From positions 96,001 to 160,000 of the forward strand of contig CAYQCW010000001.1 of NCBI GenBank assembly GCA_964416155.1: a stretch of DNA of 64,000 bases, given 5' to 3'. Both the position numbers and the translations under genes were made by a program. The stretch is from an uncultured Nitrososphaerota archaeon (GTDB taxonomy: Archaea; Thermoproteota; EX4484-205; JAAOZP01). The notes beneath the pieces were generated by a model. The model was not told the DNA's origin and did not search any database. It worked only from the letters and a program-made list of their open reading frames with translations. This document shows, in pieces, positions 29,141 through 38,413 of this stretch (positions are counted from its first letter, which is position 1; each line of letters opens with the position of its first letter).

Positions 29141-29533
29141 AAGAGGCGGATATAAATTGCTTGACCAACCGCTTAACGCATGACGAAGGAAAAACAAGGT
29201 AGAAAAGAAAAACTACACACATTCTCGTCCGAAAACGTCTTCTTCGAGTTGAAAACAGTAAAAAATGTTATTTATTTTTTAAGTAATCTCTCCCACTAGC
29301 TCTGAGTCTTTCAATTTGGGATTTCTAGCCTTATTCGAAGAGCTGATTGAATATACTGCAATTGGTATTTAAATCACTCACTTTAGATTCAAGGTCTCAG
29401 CAACCATGTGGCGCGCGCAAGCGGAAGTAAACGGGATTCATGTCAAGCAATTTCGGAATAAGCTAGCTCGCGCTTTCTGGCAACTAAAGGATGGGAGTAA
29501 ACTCGAAAATTCGTCCTTTCGAGCGCGTGAAGT

Positions 29534-30184
29534 CTATCTCCCAGTGGCCCAGATCCTCTGGAACTCCCTTTCAAGGGCCGCGGCCAGCTCCGTGCTTTGA
29601 ATCACCAGCAAGTTCTCATTGTTATCTCGGTCTGCTGACGCAGTCCAATTGAAGCTGCCGATCAAGACTATGTGACCGTCGATTATCGCTACCTTGTGGT
29701 GCATGAGATTCGGGTTGGTGTCGTTCCTCACCTGGACTCCAGCTGCCTTCAGGCGGAAGTATTCGCTATACTTCGTAACTTGCTGCTCCTCGAACACGAT
29801 CTTAACCTCTACCCCTCTTTGGTATGCGGCAAGAACCGCGTCGCCTATACTGTCGAGAGTGAAGCTATAGATTAGGACGTGGATGCTCAAGTTAGCCCTG
29901 TCCAGCCAGTGGATCAAGGTTGAAGCACATCCGCCCCTTGGAGAGAAGTAGACACCCAAGATTGATACCTCAGGGACAGCTTCGACAGCCTTCAGCGCTA
30001 CTATCGTGGCGTTCAGCTCTTGAATCTCTTCATTCAGCCGCGAAATTTCGGCCTGAGCGGCACCTAGCTGAGACTGGAGGGAGCTGATCTGAGACCCGGC
30101 GAGACCGAAGTATCCCAAGGCCACGCCGATTAGAAGCCCGCCAACGGCCAGGGCAACCGCCTCATTTTTCATTTTCGATGGCAC
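29534..30184 (-). CDS. Membrane-anchored phospholipase D-family (Nuc-like, single HKD) protein
   Basis: HHKVAIID...GSFNWT...NNEN and YFSPRGG motifs. N-terminal TM helix followed by a coiled coil. Confidence 0.85.
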   Translation of the reverse strand: MPSKMKNEAVALAVGGLLIGVALGYFGLAGSQISSLQSQLGAAQAEISRLNEEIQELNATIVALKAVEAVPEVSILGVYFSPRGGCASTLIHWLDRANLSIHVLIYSFTLDSIGDAVLAAYQRGVEVKIVFEEQQVTKYSEYFRLKAAGVQVRNDTNPNLMHHKVAIIDGHIVLIGSFNWTASADRDNNENLLVIQSTELAAALEREFQRIWATGR

Positions 30185-30410
30185 CTGAATTCCTAGAGAT
30201 TTGGATTAATAAATCATACTTAGATGGCAGCAAGGCAAACTCTTAATCCAGGATAACTGCACACAATAATAGCGCGTGCTTTTCTCCGCTTTTTCGTCTA
30301 ATTATATTTGGTCAGAGGATTAGTTGAATCTCAAACCTTACTTTCCTTCTACAGCTTCTCTAGGAATCTTATGATCTTCTCACGCGCTGAAGCAGGAAAA
30401 GTATTAGAGT

Positions 30411-31301
30411 TTAGGTCTCAGATATTAGCTTCTTGATAAATTCCACGTCCTTTTTCAAAACAGTTTTTCTCTCTTCCCGACCATACTTTCCTAGAGACTC
30501 GTCTTCAACGGTTAAATCGCCAGTATACCCAGCTTTCCTCAAGACCTGAACGACCCTTTTCAAGTCAATATCTCCTTTGTACAGAGGTACTGCAACCTGA
30601 GGGAAATCTTCCCCGGGATGCCTATGCTTTTCCCTTCTAGCTTCAGGATATTTTAGGTTTTTAAGATGAGTATGTTTAACTAGTTTTGCATACTTTTCTA
30701 TGAGTTCATGAACCTTGCTCAATGGATAACCATACCAATAGAAGTTTCCAGTGTCCAATGTTAAGCCTACTCTTTCATCATTTATCTCTTTAAAGGCGTA
30801 GTCTAAAAATCGCTCATCGTTGCTAACATAGCCGTGATTTTCCACGGCATAAGCTACACTGCTACCCTTTGTTTCTCTTAAAAGGAGTTTCATTATTTCA
30901 ACAAAATGCTTAGCATGCTCTTCAACCGGTTTCTCTTCCCTTATTTGCATATGCGAGTTTATCCGTATCACTTCAACTCCGATTTCATCTGCAAGCTGTG
31001 TCGCCTTTTTAATGTAATCTAGCTCCTCCTCCAGATTTTCACTTGCAAAATCATTTTCCAACAATATAGTGCATGGTTTTACACCTGTATTGTTAGAAAA
31101 TTTTAAAAATTCTTTTCTCTCACGAGCGTCTCTCAGGTTAAAACCTAGCTTCACTACGTGGCCCATATCTTCATACGTGTCTTGAGTTAATGTTTTGTTT
31201 ACGTACATTTCATACCTATTTAAACCTAAATCCTTTAGCCCCTTTACCAGATCCTCATAACCAACCCATATTACCGTGAAATCCCTAACTGCGACGTACA
31301 T
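30411..31301 (-). CDS. Sugar phosphate isomerase/epimerase (xylose-isomerase-like TIM barrel)
   Basis: Motifs AVENHG, LDTGNF, HTHLKN, GDID and GYTGDLTVE. Confidence 0.85.
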   Translation of the reverse strand: MYVAVRDFTVIWVGYEDLVKGLKDLGLNRYEMYVNKTLTQDTYEDMGHVVKLGFNLRDARERKEFLKFSNNTGVKPCTILLENDFASENLEEELDYIKKATQLADEIGVEVIRINSHMQIREEKPVEEHAKHFVEIMKLLLRETKGSSVAYAVENHGYVSNDERFLDYAFKEINDERVGLTLDTGNFYWYGYPLSKVHELIEKYAKLVKHTHLKNLKYPEARREKHRHPGEDFPQVAVPLYKGDIDLKRVVQVLRKAGYTGDLTVEDESLGKYGREERKTVLKKDVEFIKKLISET

Positions 31302-31457
31302 TTTGTCTTACTAACAACAGGGTATTAATAAATCTTATCAAGATAACCAGTAAGACAAACTCTCATCAAAGCTAGCTGTGCAACATTCATAGAATTAAGC
31401 AGCGTGAAAGTTGATCTAGCGTAAATATAGTAAATATATAGCTCAATTAGTACTTGA

Positions 31458-31973
31458 TTATTTTGATTTTAACCCATATTTTTCCCAATGCGTCACTTCT
31501 TCAAGCTGTCTTCTGTTTCTACTAGGTTTCTCATCAGGATAACCGACTGAAACAGTACATAGAACTCTAAGCCCGTCAGGTATTCCAAGCAGCTTCTTTA
31601 TAGGCTCTTCGAAGGGAGTGTTCAACACACCCATCCAGCATGTCCCAAGCCCCATAGAGTGGGCGGCTAGAAGGAAGTTTTGCACGGAAACCGCAACATC
31701 CCCATGATACCAGTTGCTGCTCCTCCCGGGGTCAGCTATGAAAACCACTACGACAGGGCTGTCAGCCATGAATCTCCCATACCTATGTATCTCCGCCAGC
31801 TTCCTCCTAGTCTCCGGGTTCTTCACCACCAGGAACTCCCAGGGCTGAGAATTGTTTGCTGAGGGAGCCCATCTAGCTGCTTCAAGACACGCCATTATCT
31901 TCTCATCCTCCACTGGAGTCGACTTATACTTTCTAATGCTCCTCCTGGTTTTAATCGCCTCCATCACATCCAT
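31458..31973 (-). CDS. Nitroreductase family protein (start ATG 31973)
   Basis: Motifs IKTRRSIRKY, APSANNSQPW and GLGTCWMG. Confidence 0.92.
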   Translation of the reverse strand: MDVMEAIKTRRSIRKYKSTPVEDEKIMACLEAARWAPSANNSQPWEFLVVKNPETRRKLAEIHRYGRFMADSPVVVVFIADPGRSSNWYHGDVAVSVQNFLLAAHSMGLGTCWMGVLNTPFEEPIKKLLGIPDGLRVLCTVSVGYPDEKPSRNRRQLEEVTHWEKYGLKSK

Positions 31974-32094
31974 CCTTAAACACCTGAGAAGATTATAATC
32001 AAACATCCTAATATAGTTTAAGGTCGACCATTTGTGAAACGATTCCCCTGGAAAAATTAAACAGCCATCTTACGCTGTTGAAGCGGGTGAACGA

Positions 32095-33261
32095 TCAAGC
32101 CTTACCTGCCTCAAAAACCCAGCTATCCAGGTTTCTGCAAATCAACGTAAGTATTCGCGCAGACTCCTCAGGGTTTAACGCTAGAAAAAGCGCTGCAACA
32201 TGCTTGCAAAACTGTTTTTGACCAATTCTTTTAACCCAATCCTCACAGTCATGAGCCAGCCTTCTGTCAGGAATATTTATGATAACGGTGTATTCCTTAA
32301 CCTTAGCTTTAACCTTCTCTCCCCCAGCTTCCTCAACAACCACTTTCCCAACAAGCTCCCTCGCCCTCTCCAGCCTACCCTCCTCGAGGAAGGCCGAGAC
32401 CAGTTTCTCAACACCCTTTTCGCCGGAAGAAAGCGCTGCTCCAACCCTGCTAACCGTCCTCCTTAAGCCCTCTTCCCCGAAGTAGCGAAGTATCTTGTTT
32501 AAAGCCTCCTCCTGAGGCTTCTCAGCAGTTCCAACGATCTTCATCATTTGAAGCGCGTTCTTCACCGCATACCCTCTGAAGTGGTTGTTGAAGTAAACGT
32601 AAACCTTCTTAGTCTTGGAGGAAAGCTCCTCCAGCCTCCCCTTCCACTCATTAAGCTCGTCAACCCCGTAATCGTAATAGTACCATGGTCTTTTCCCTCT
32701 ACCGTGAAACCTTACGTAGGAGAACTCGCCAGTAACCTTTAGCAACGCGGGCAGAAGAGGCTCGTCGACAATACAGTACCCCACATTATTCTCCGAGAGA
32801 ATTTTGAAAGCCTCATCGTTCATCCAAGTCGGATGCCTGAACTCAACAGCAAAATCGTAACCTTCTGGAAGATTCCCCATGAACTCGTTGAAGCCTTTGA
32901 AGGCTTCGACAGGCTTGGGCGGAAGCTGGAAAAGCAGCGGCCCAAGCTTACCATCCTCCTTAAGAGGAGTGAGCACGCTTAGGAAGAGTTTTAAATCCCT
33001 CATAGCGCCTTTCTCCAGATCCATTAGTTTAACATGGGTTACTGTTTTAGGAACCTTAAGGGAGAACACGAAGCCTTTAGGCGAGGATCTTGCAATAGTA
33101 CGTATGAAGCCGGGAACAGGCTGCCTGTAGAAGGTTGAATCTATTTCAACCGTTTTAAAAACATTGGCATACTGTTGGAACATCTTCTCACTGCTCGTGT
33201 AGAAAACGTTAAGCCAATCCTTGTAGCTCCAGCCCGATGTCCCTATAACGATATTATTCAA
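32095..33261 (-). CDS. DUF72 protein with C-terminal SWIM-like zinc finger
   Basis: IGTSGWSY, VEIDSTFY, LFQLPP, AVEFRH, YVRFHGR and YVYFNN match DUF72. The tail contains HDCEDW...FCKHVAA. Confidence 0.85.
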   Translation of the reverse strand: MNNIVIGTSGWSYKDWLNVFYTSSEKMFQQYANVFKTVEIDSTFYRQPVPGFIRTIARSSPKGFVFSLKVPKTVTHVKLMDLEKGAMRDLKLFLSVLTPLKEDGKLGPLLFQLPPKPVEAFKGFNEFMGNLPEGYDFAVEFRHPTWMNDEAFKILSENNVGYCIVDEPLLPALLKVTGEFSYVRFHGRGKRPWYYYDYGVDELNEWKGRLEELSSKTKKVYVYFNNHFRGYAVKNALQMMKIVGTAEKPQEEALNKILRYFGEEGLRRTVSRVGAALSSGEKGVEKLVSAFLEEGRLERARELVGKVVVEEAGGEKVKAKVKEYTVIINIPDRRLAHDCEDWVKRIGQKQFCKHVAALFLALNPEESARILTLICRNLDSWVFEAGKA

Positions 33262-33456
33262 CCCTTTAGAACATCTATTTCATCAGTGATAAACTTTTAG
33301 TTAGAACGCGCACTATAACGCTCTGGAACATCACCATTTATAATTCGATCGGTAAAAAATCTGGTTGAAAAGACAGTGTGCTTATCTATTGTTAAGACTA
33401 AATATGCATCTTACGGAAAGAACTTCTTATAAACCACCTAGAGAAAAACGTCAAAT

Positions 33457-34124
33457 ATGCTGGGTTTACTCCAGAGCTACGTGATTCTCTAATCCTTTTC
33501 TTCCTACTCGTCGGATTCCTGCAGCTATATTACTTGTCCTGCTGTCTTTTCCCAATTTTAACGATCTATTATCCTTACGGCTTTATTGCCCACATGCCCT
33601 TCTATACAGCCGAGTTCATCACACTCTGCGTTAAAATTGTGAAGATTTCCTTCTCAGACCTGTTCAGGAGCACGCGTTTAGGAGAAATACATGGATTCAT
33701 ATTGCCTAATTATATTCATTTGCCCGTTTATTTTTCGCCTACTTGCTCGTAAGCATCTCCGAGGAGGAGTTTTCCGCAGCTGCATCCTAGAAGGCCTTCT
33801 CAAGAAGTATGGAGTCACATTCTCAATCATCTTCTCGTCGCTTTTTTCGGCCTCTATCACTTCGGTTAACCTTTCCTACTCTACGGGCTGCAGGGAGCAA
33901 TAATGGCAGCAACCCACATGTTTTACTCATTTACAGCAGGGCTTTTCTTAGGATAACTCTACCATAAGACAGGCAGGAACCTTTTAGGACCGGTGAGCTA
34001 CCATTTCAGCCACTTATTCTTTAACATGCCGTATATATGGATGGAACAGGCTGCAATATCCTTTAGAGTTCAGCCTCTTCTCCCGAAATTCGGATGGTTG
34101 TTCAATGGACTCCTTACGTCTTAA
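33457..34124 (+). pseudogene. Frameshifted CPBP (CAAX protease/Abi) family intramembrane metalloprotease
   Basis: Fragments ISEE|GVFRSCILEGL, FGLYH and G*LYHKTGRNLLGPVSYHFSHLFFN lie across frameshifts and a TAA at 33954. Confidence 0.7.
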
Positions 34125-34353
34125 ACATGATTCAGATACTGACCCTTAGAATGATTCATTTAAATAAATAAAGCGGCATCATTCTTGTTAACAGCATGAG
34201 CAATATAGAAGATCGCTTGAGGTATCAACCTCATTCGCAACCTTGCTAAAAACGTTATTCAACTAGTTATAAGTTTCTAAAGGAGGAAGAAGTTTTTAAC
34301 GGCTCTTAGACGAAAAAGTTATAAGCTTTATAACTATAAGAAGATGGTTAGAA

Positions 34354-35130
34354 ATGCTTTGGGAATGTTTAACAAGCCCTGATATAAAGGAGGCAGCTGA
34401 GAAAAATCTCATTGCAATTCTTCCAGTGGGCTCGATCGAAATACATGGGCCCCACATGCCGACTGGAACAGACTCGATAACTATCCGCGAGATAACTAGG
34501 ATGGCTGTTGAAAAAGAGCCTGCAGTAGTCCTGCCGACACTTTATTACGTGTACGTGCCTGAGAACCGGCATTTCCCGGGAACCATATCGCTAAGCGCTA
34601 GGACAATACTTACTATTCTTGGAGAAATATGCGACGAGGTTGCGAGAAACGGTTTTAAAAAAATCCTTATTGTCAACGGTCATGGGGGAAACAACAATCT
34701 TCTCAGGGTTTTTCTGAGGGAAAGCCTGAATAAGAAGAAGGATTACGTTATTTACGCATTAATCGAGCCATGGTCCTCAATAGAGGAAATTGCTGAGAAA
34801 ATATGTGAGAGCAAGATAACCGGGCATGCTTGCGAACGTGAAACCAGCATGGGACTCTTCTTGTTTGAAAACCTGATTAAGATGGGGAATGTTAAGCAGG
34901 AGGCGGAGATAGGGGGGACGAATCTGCCTGGAATAGAGACGCCTGTCGACTGGCAGGCTTACGCGGTCCAGTTGTATCTCGGCGACCCGAGGCTGGCAAC
35001 CAAGGAAAAAGGGAAGATCTTGGTTGAAAGACTCGTTGATTTCGTAGTAGACGCGATAAGAAGAATTAAACAGGATGAGAAGGTTCCATTGATACTTGAC
35101 GATTTCTACAGGAGGGCTTATGGTCAGTAG
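34354..35130 (+). CDS. Creatininase family amidohydrolase
   Basis: Motifs LPVGSIEIHGPH.PTGTD, FPGTIS, VNGHGGN and GHACERETS. Confidence 0.9.
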   Translation: MLWECLTSPDIKEAAEKNLIAILPVGSIEIHGPHMPTGTDSITIREITRMAVEKEPAVVLPTLYYVYVPENRHFPGTISLSARTILTILGEICDEVARNGFKKILIVNGHGGNNNLLRVFLRESLNKKKDYVIYALIEPWSSIEEIAEKICESKITGHACERETSMGLFLFENLIKMGNVKQEAEIGGTNLPGIETPVDWQAYAVQLYLGDPRLATKEKGKILVERLVDFVVDAIRRIKQDEKVPLILDDFYRRAYGQ

Positions 35131-35158
35131 GAAGGGCTCTGCTTAAAACGCCCATATG

Positions 35159-36280
35159 CTAGAACCGGTCTGAGTGCCAGATATGAGGGTTTCCGGCTGG
35201 AAACAATATTTCCAATGTTTTTTCAACCCTTCCCTCGTGCCTCACAGCTTGGTCCACCAGGACATTCTTCGGATGCCTGTAACCCAGAATAAGTTGCATC
35301 AACACCCATTGGGGAAGCTCAATCCAGTTTACCGATGCGTTTTCTGAAAGAGATATTCCGGAGTCAGAAATTTCAAGTGTGATCAGACCTATGTCTGTCT
35401 TAAAAGATATTTGCGAAGGCAAGCTTTTTGCACAAGCCTCCTTTAAGCGTTCTTCAAGCGCCGGAACAAGTTTTTCGAAAGTTGATTTGAGATTAATAAT
35501 TCTTCCCATACCGTCTGAAGCATATGGGTAGTCGATGCTTATCGTGCATCCTAGGCTTTTGCAAATCTCTGCAAAAGGATGGTCGAACGGAACGTATATT
35601 TCGAGCTCAGTCGCCCTCTTTTTAAAAGCAGCGTCACAAATGTAATGTAGAACATGTTCATATAGGAAAATATCTTCAGCGCCGACCTCCGTAATCCTCG
35701 TCACTCTGGGCCACCGGTCAGTAGCACAGTAAGCGACTATCCTTCCAGACTCGTCTTCGAAAACGGTTCCGTCGACGGGTATCCCCCACCAGCTTCCGTT
35801 TCTAAACCTAATCCACTCACCTCTATATCTTTTCAGTGGACCTGTCCTATGCTTGTTCATCGACTCATAGATATCTAGCACCGTGCTAGCGTCTTCCTTA
35901 CGCATTGGGCGAGCGTGAAGTCCAGGTTTAGCTCTTTCCGCATTTCTAAGGGGGATAGTAATCTTGTAGTTAGGAAGCGTGGAGGCATATCCCCATCTAA
36001 TATAGTAGTCAGGTATGCCGAAGAGCATTGAAACATCATACCCATTTCTAACCATATATTCGATTGAAAACTCCATAACCTTTCTTGAATACCCTTTCAT
36101 CCTGTGTTCTTCGAGTGTCCCAACCCCGCCGATCCCGCCCATTTTCAAATAAGTTTTTCCAACCTTTGCTTCAAGATCGTTGATGATGAGCCAGCTAACC
36201 GGCGATCCTCCCAGCTCATCTAGAAGAAGCTCAACCCTATGCGACCTCGCCGAGTCAGTAACCCTTATCTCGCTTCCCAT
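35159..36280 (-). CDS. Eis-like GNAT acetyltransferase with SCP2-like C-terminal domain
   Basis: Motifs GGIGGVGTLEEHRMKGY and SMLFGIPDYY.RWGY, with a C-terminal sterol-carrier-like region. Confidence 0.8.
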   Translation of the reverse strand: MGSEIRVTDSARSHRVELLLDELGGSPVSWLIINDLEAKVGKTYLKMGGIGGVGTLEEHRMKGYSRKVMEFSIEYMVRNGYDVSMLFGIPDYYIRWGYASTLPNYKITIPLRNAERAKPGLHARPMRKEDASTVLDIYESMNKHRTGPLKRYRGEWIRFRNGSWWGIPVDGTVFEDESGRIVAYCATDRWPRVTRITEVGAEDIFLYEHVLHYICDAAFKKRATELEIYVPFDHPFAEICKSLGCTISIDYPYASDGMGRIINLKSTFEKLVPALEERLKEACAKSLPSQISFKTDIGLITLEISDSGISLSENASVNWIELPQWVLMQLILGYRHPKNVLVDQAVRHEGRVEKTLEILFPAGNPHIWHSDRF

Positions 36281-36327
36281 AGGCCTTTTCTAAAACAATG
36301 CCCTTAAAAAAACTTAGCGTATTCTAC

Positions 36328-37368
36328 TCATTTAGACTCAATATAGTAGAGATCCTGCCTCGGATCCCTTATTAAAGGTCGTTTCTTGACGAAATTATTT
36401 CCGACAAGTATTGCGAGAGCGTGCCGTACAGTCCTGGCGGGAAGCATCGTCTTCTTAACGATGTCTTTCTGGGTTAAAGCCCCCTCGTATTCAAGAACCT
36501 TCAAAATGAGTTTAGCACTGGGAGGCAGACTGCTTATGTCGAGAGACATCCTAGCCTTCTTCTCAAGCCTTCTTGCAAGAAGCGCTTCGCTGAGCCTTAC
36601 GAATCCAGCGTCCTCACCCCTCTTAACGAGGATCTTCTCAGTCACCTTCATCCTGTATCCACCATCAACGATGACTTCACAAGCGGAATTGCTGACCATG
36701 TCTCGGATTTCTATAAGGCTTTCAAGAGGGGTTACTAAGGGTCTTCTAGTAAGATTTAAAGAGTTAACTGGGACTATGCTCGCCACCTTGGCTTGCGGAT
36801 GTATTATTGGTCCTCCTGTTGAAAGAGCATACGCCGTTGAACCTATGGGTGTAGAAACTATGAGGCCGTCGCCTATATCCCTCCAGACGAACTCGCCATC
36901 AACGTAAAGACTGTATTCAAGTATTGTAGCGCTTTTCCTCGGGAAGATTGCCAGCTCGTTAAGCGCACACGGTGTTTCAGCATCGTCTACCACAGCCTTA
37001 AGCCTTGAAGAATACTCTACGCTATACTCTCTTCTTAGAAAAACCCCTAGAGCGTCGCCAAGCCTCTCCAGAGTCGTCTCCATCAGGAAACTGTTATTCT
37101 CAGTCTTGCTAACCCCTAGGATGAGCACATCCTTGGATTTCACGTGGTGCAACGCTTTCAAAACATCCTTATCCTCACCCAGGATTAGGAGAAGACCCTC
37201 GTTAAGCTTCTCAAGCTCTTCGAGACGCTTGACGCGCGTAACCTCCACTCCGATGCGATTGACCGTTCTCAAGCATTCCTTAAGAAGACCACGCTCGAAC
37301 CTCGCTGGAGCTAACACTATGTTCAACTGTTTCAGTAGTGTATTAGAAGGGTTATTTATTGTTTTCAA
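36328..37368 (-). CDS. NAD kinase-fold protein fused to a C-terminal winged helix-turn-helix (putative regulator)
   Basis: ALNE and GDGLIVSTPIGSTAYALSTGGP are NAD kinase signatures. GGDGT is replaced by GEDKD. The tail LPPSAKLILKVLEYEGALTQKDIVKKTMLPARTVRHAL is an archaeal wHTH. Confidence 0.8.
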   Translation of the reverse strand: MKTINNPSNTLLKQLNIVLAPARFERGLLKECLRTVNRIGVEVTRVKRLEELEKLNEGLLLILGEDKDVLKALHHVKSKDVLILGVSKTENNSFLMETTLERLGDALGVFLRREYSVEYSSRLKAVVDDAETPCALNELAIFPRKSATILEYSLYVDGEFVWRDIGDGLIVSTPIGSTAYALSTGGPIIHPQAKVASIVPVNSLNLTRRPLVTPLESLIEIRDMVSNSACEVIVDGGYRMKVTEKILVKRGEDAGFVRLSEALLARRLEKKARMSLDISSLPPSAKLILKVLEYEGALTQKDIVKKTMLPARTVRHALAILVGNNFVKKRPLIRDPRQDLYYIESK

Positions 37369-37438
37369 CGGTTTAAAAATGTTGCAGCTCTATTTTGCCT
37401 CTTAACGAAGCATTTATGCAATTATTGCCTGAATAGAA

Positions 37439-37454
37439 CCCCTTAAATAAGGGG
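37439..37454. promoter_or_regulatory. nadA promoter TATA box embedded in a perfect 7-2-7 palindrome (putative operator)
   Basis: CCCCTTA-AA-TAAGGGG, with TTAAATAA at 37443-37450 and the nadA ATG at 37478. Confidence 0.55.
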
Positions 37455-37477
37455 GCTTAAGGCTTCAAGAGAAGCTG

Positions 37478-38413
37478 ATGGAAGACCTTAGCCGTAAAAT
37501 ACGTGAAAAAGCGAGAGACATGAGTGCTACAATACTAGCCCACAATTATCAGAGGCCCGAGGTGCAGGATGTTGCCGATTTCGTCGGCGACAGCCTGGAA
37601 CTCTCCATCAAGGCTATGGAGACCGATGCTGAAACGATAGTTTTCGCGGGCGTAGACTTCATGGTTGAGCAAGCAGCTGTGCTGAACCCCGGTAAGACAG
37701 TATTAACGCCTGAGCCGAGCTCCATCTGCCCCATGGCGTGGCAGCTTGACCCCCCTATGGTTGACGAATACCGTAGGAAAAACCCGGATGTGCCCCTAGT
37801 AGTTTACGTGAATTCTTTCGTCGAGGTCAAGTCTATGGCGGACTACGTGGTTACCAGCAGCAGTGCCTCCAAACTGGTTTCCATGCTTAATGCTGAGAAA
37901 ATCCTTTTCGGGCCGGATAGGAACCTCGCGTCCTACGTTGCTGAAACCACGGGGAAGGAGGTTATCGCTGTTCCTCTAAACAGCTACTGTCCGGTTCACA
38001 TAGGAATCACAGCGGGTAAAATATTATCGGCTAAGGAAAGGATACCGGATGCGAAGGTACTTGTGCATCCCGAATGCCCGCCTGAAACAAGGAGGCTGGC
38101 GGATTTCGTTGGCAGCACGAGCCAAATAATTAGAGCAGCGGGAGAGATTAATGCAAAGCGTTTTATAATAGGCACTGAGAACGGGGTGGTTCACAGAGTC
38201 TCAAAGCTTTATTCCGGCAAGGAGGCTTATCCTGCCAGTAAAGACACTATATGTCCCAACATGAAAAAGATAACGCTTGAAAAAGTATACAGGAGCCTCG
38301 TTAGCGGTGAGACCGTTGTTAAGATTGATGAGAAGCTTGCTGAGAAGGCTAGGAAAGTTCTTGAAAGAAGCTTTGCTCTTCTGGGGGTTGAGACACCTTG
38401 GTCGAGGAAGTAA
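37478..38413 (+). CDS. nadA: Quinolinate synthase
   Basis: Motifs ILAHNYQ, GDSLEL, VYVNS and HPEC. Three Fe-S cysteines in CPMA, CPVH and CPNM. Confidence 0.96.
   Translation: MEDLSRKIREKARDMSATILAHNYQRPEVQDVADFVGDSLELSIKAMETDAETIVFAGVDFMVEQAAVLNPGKTVLTPEPSSICPMAWQLDPPMVDEYRRKNPDVPLVVYVNSFVEVKSMADYVVTSSSASKLVSMLNAEKILFGPDRNLASYVAETTGKEVIAVPLNSYCPVHIGITAGKILSAKERIPDAKVLVHPECPPETRRLADFVGSTSQIIRAAGEINAKRFIIGTENGVVHRVSKLYSGKEAYPASKDTICPNMKKITLEKVYRSLVSGETVVKIDEKLAEKARKVLERSFALLGVETPWSRK

Noticed and set aside
29469-29527. Nested hairpin (CGCGCT...AAAGGATGGG...TTCGTCCTTT...AGCGCG) as an ncRNA
   Set aside because: It depends on several G-U pairs and matches no family I recognise. It could be a terminator or chance.
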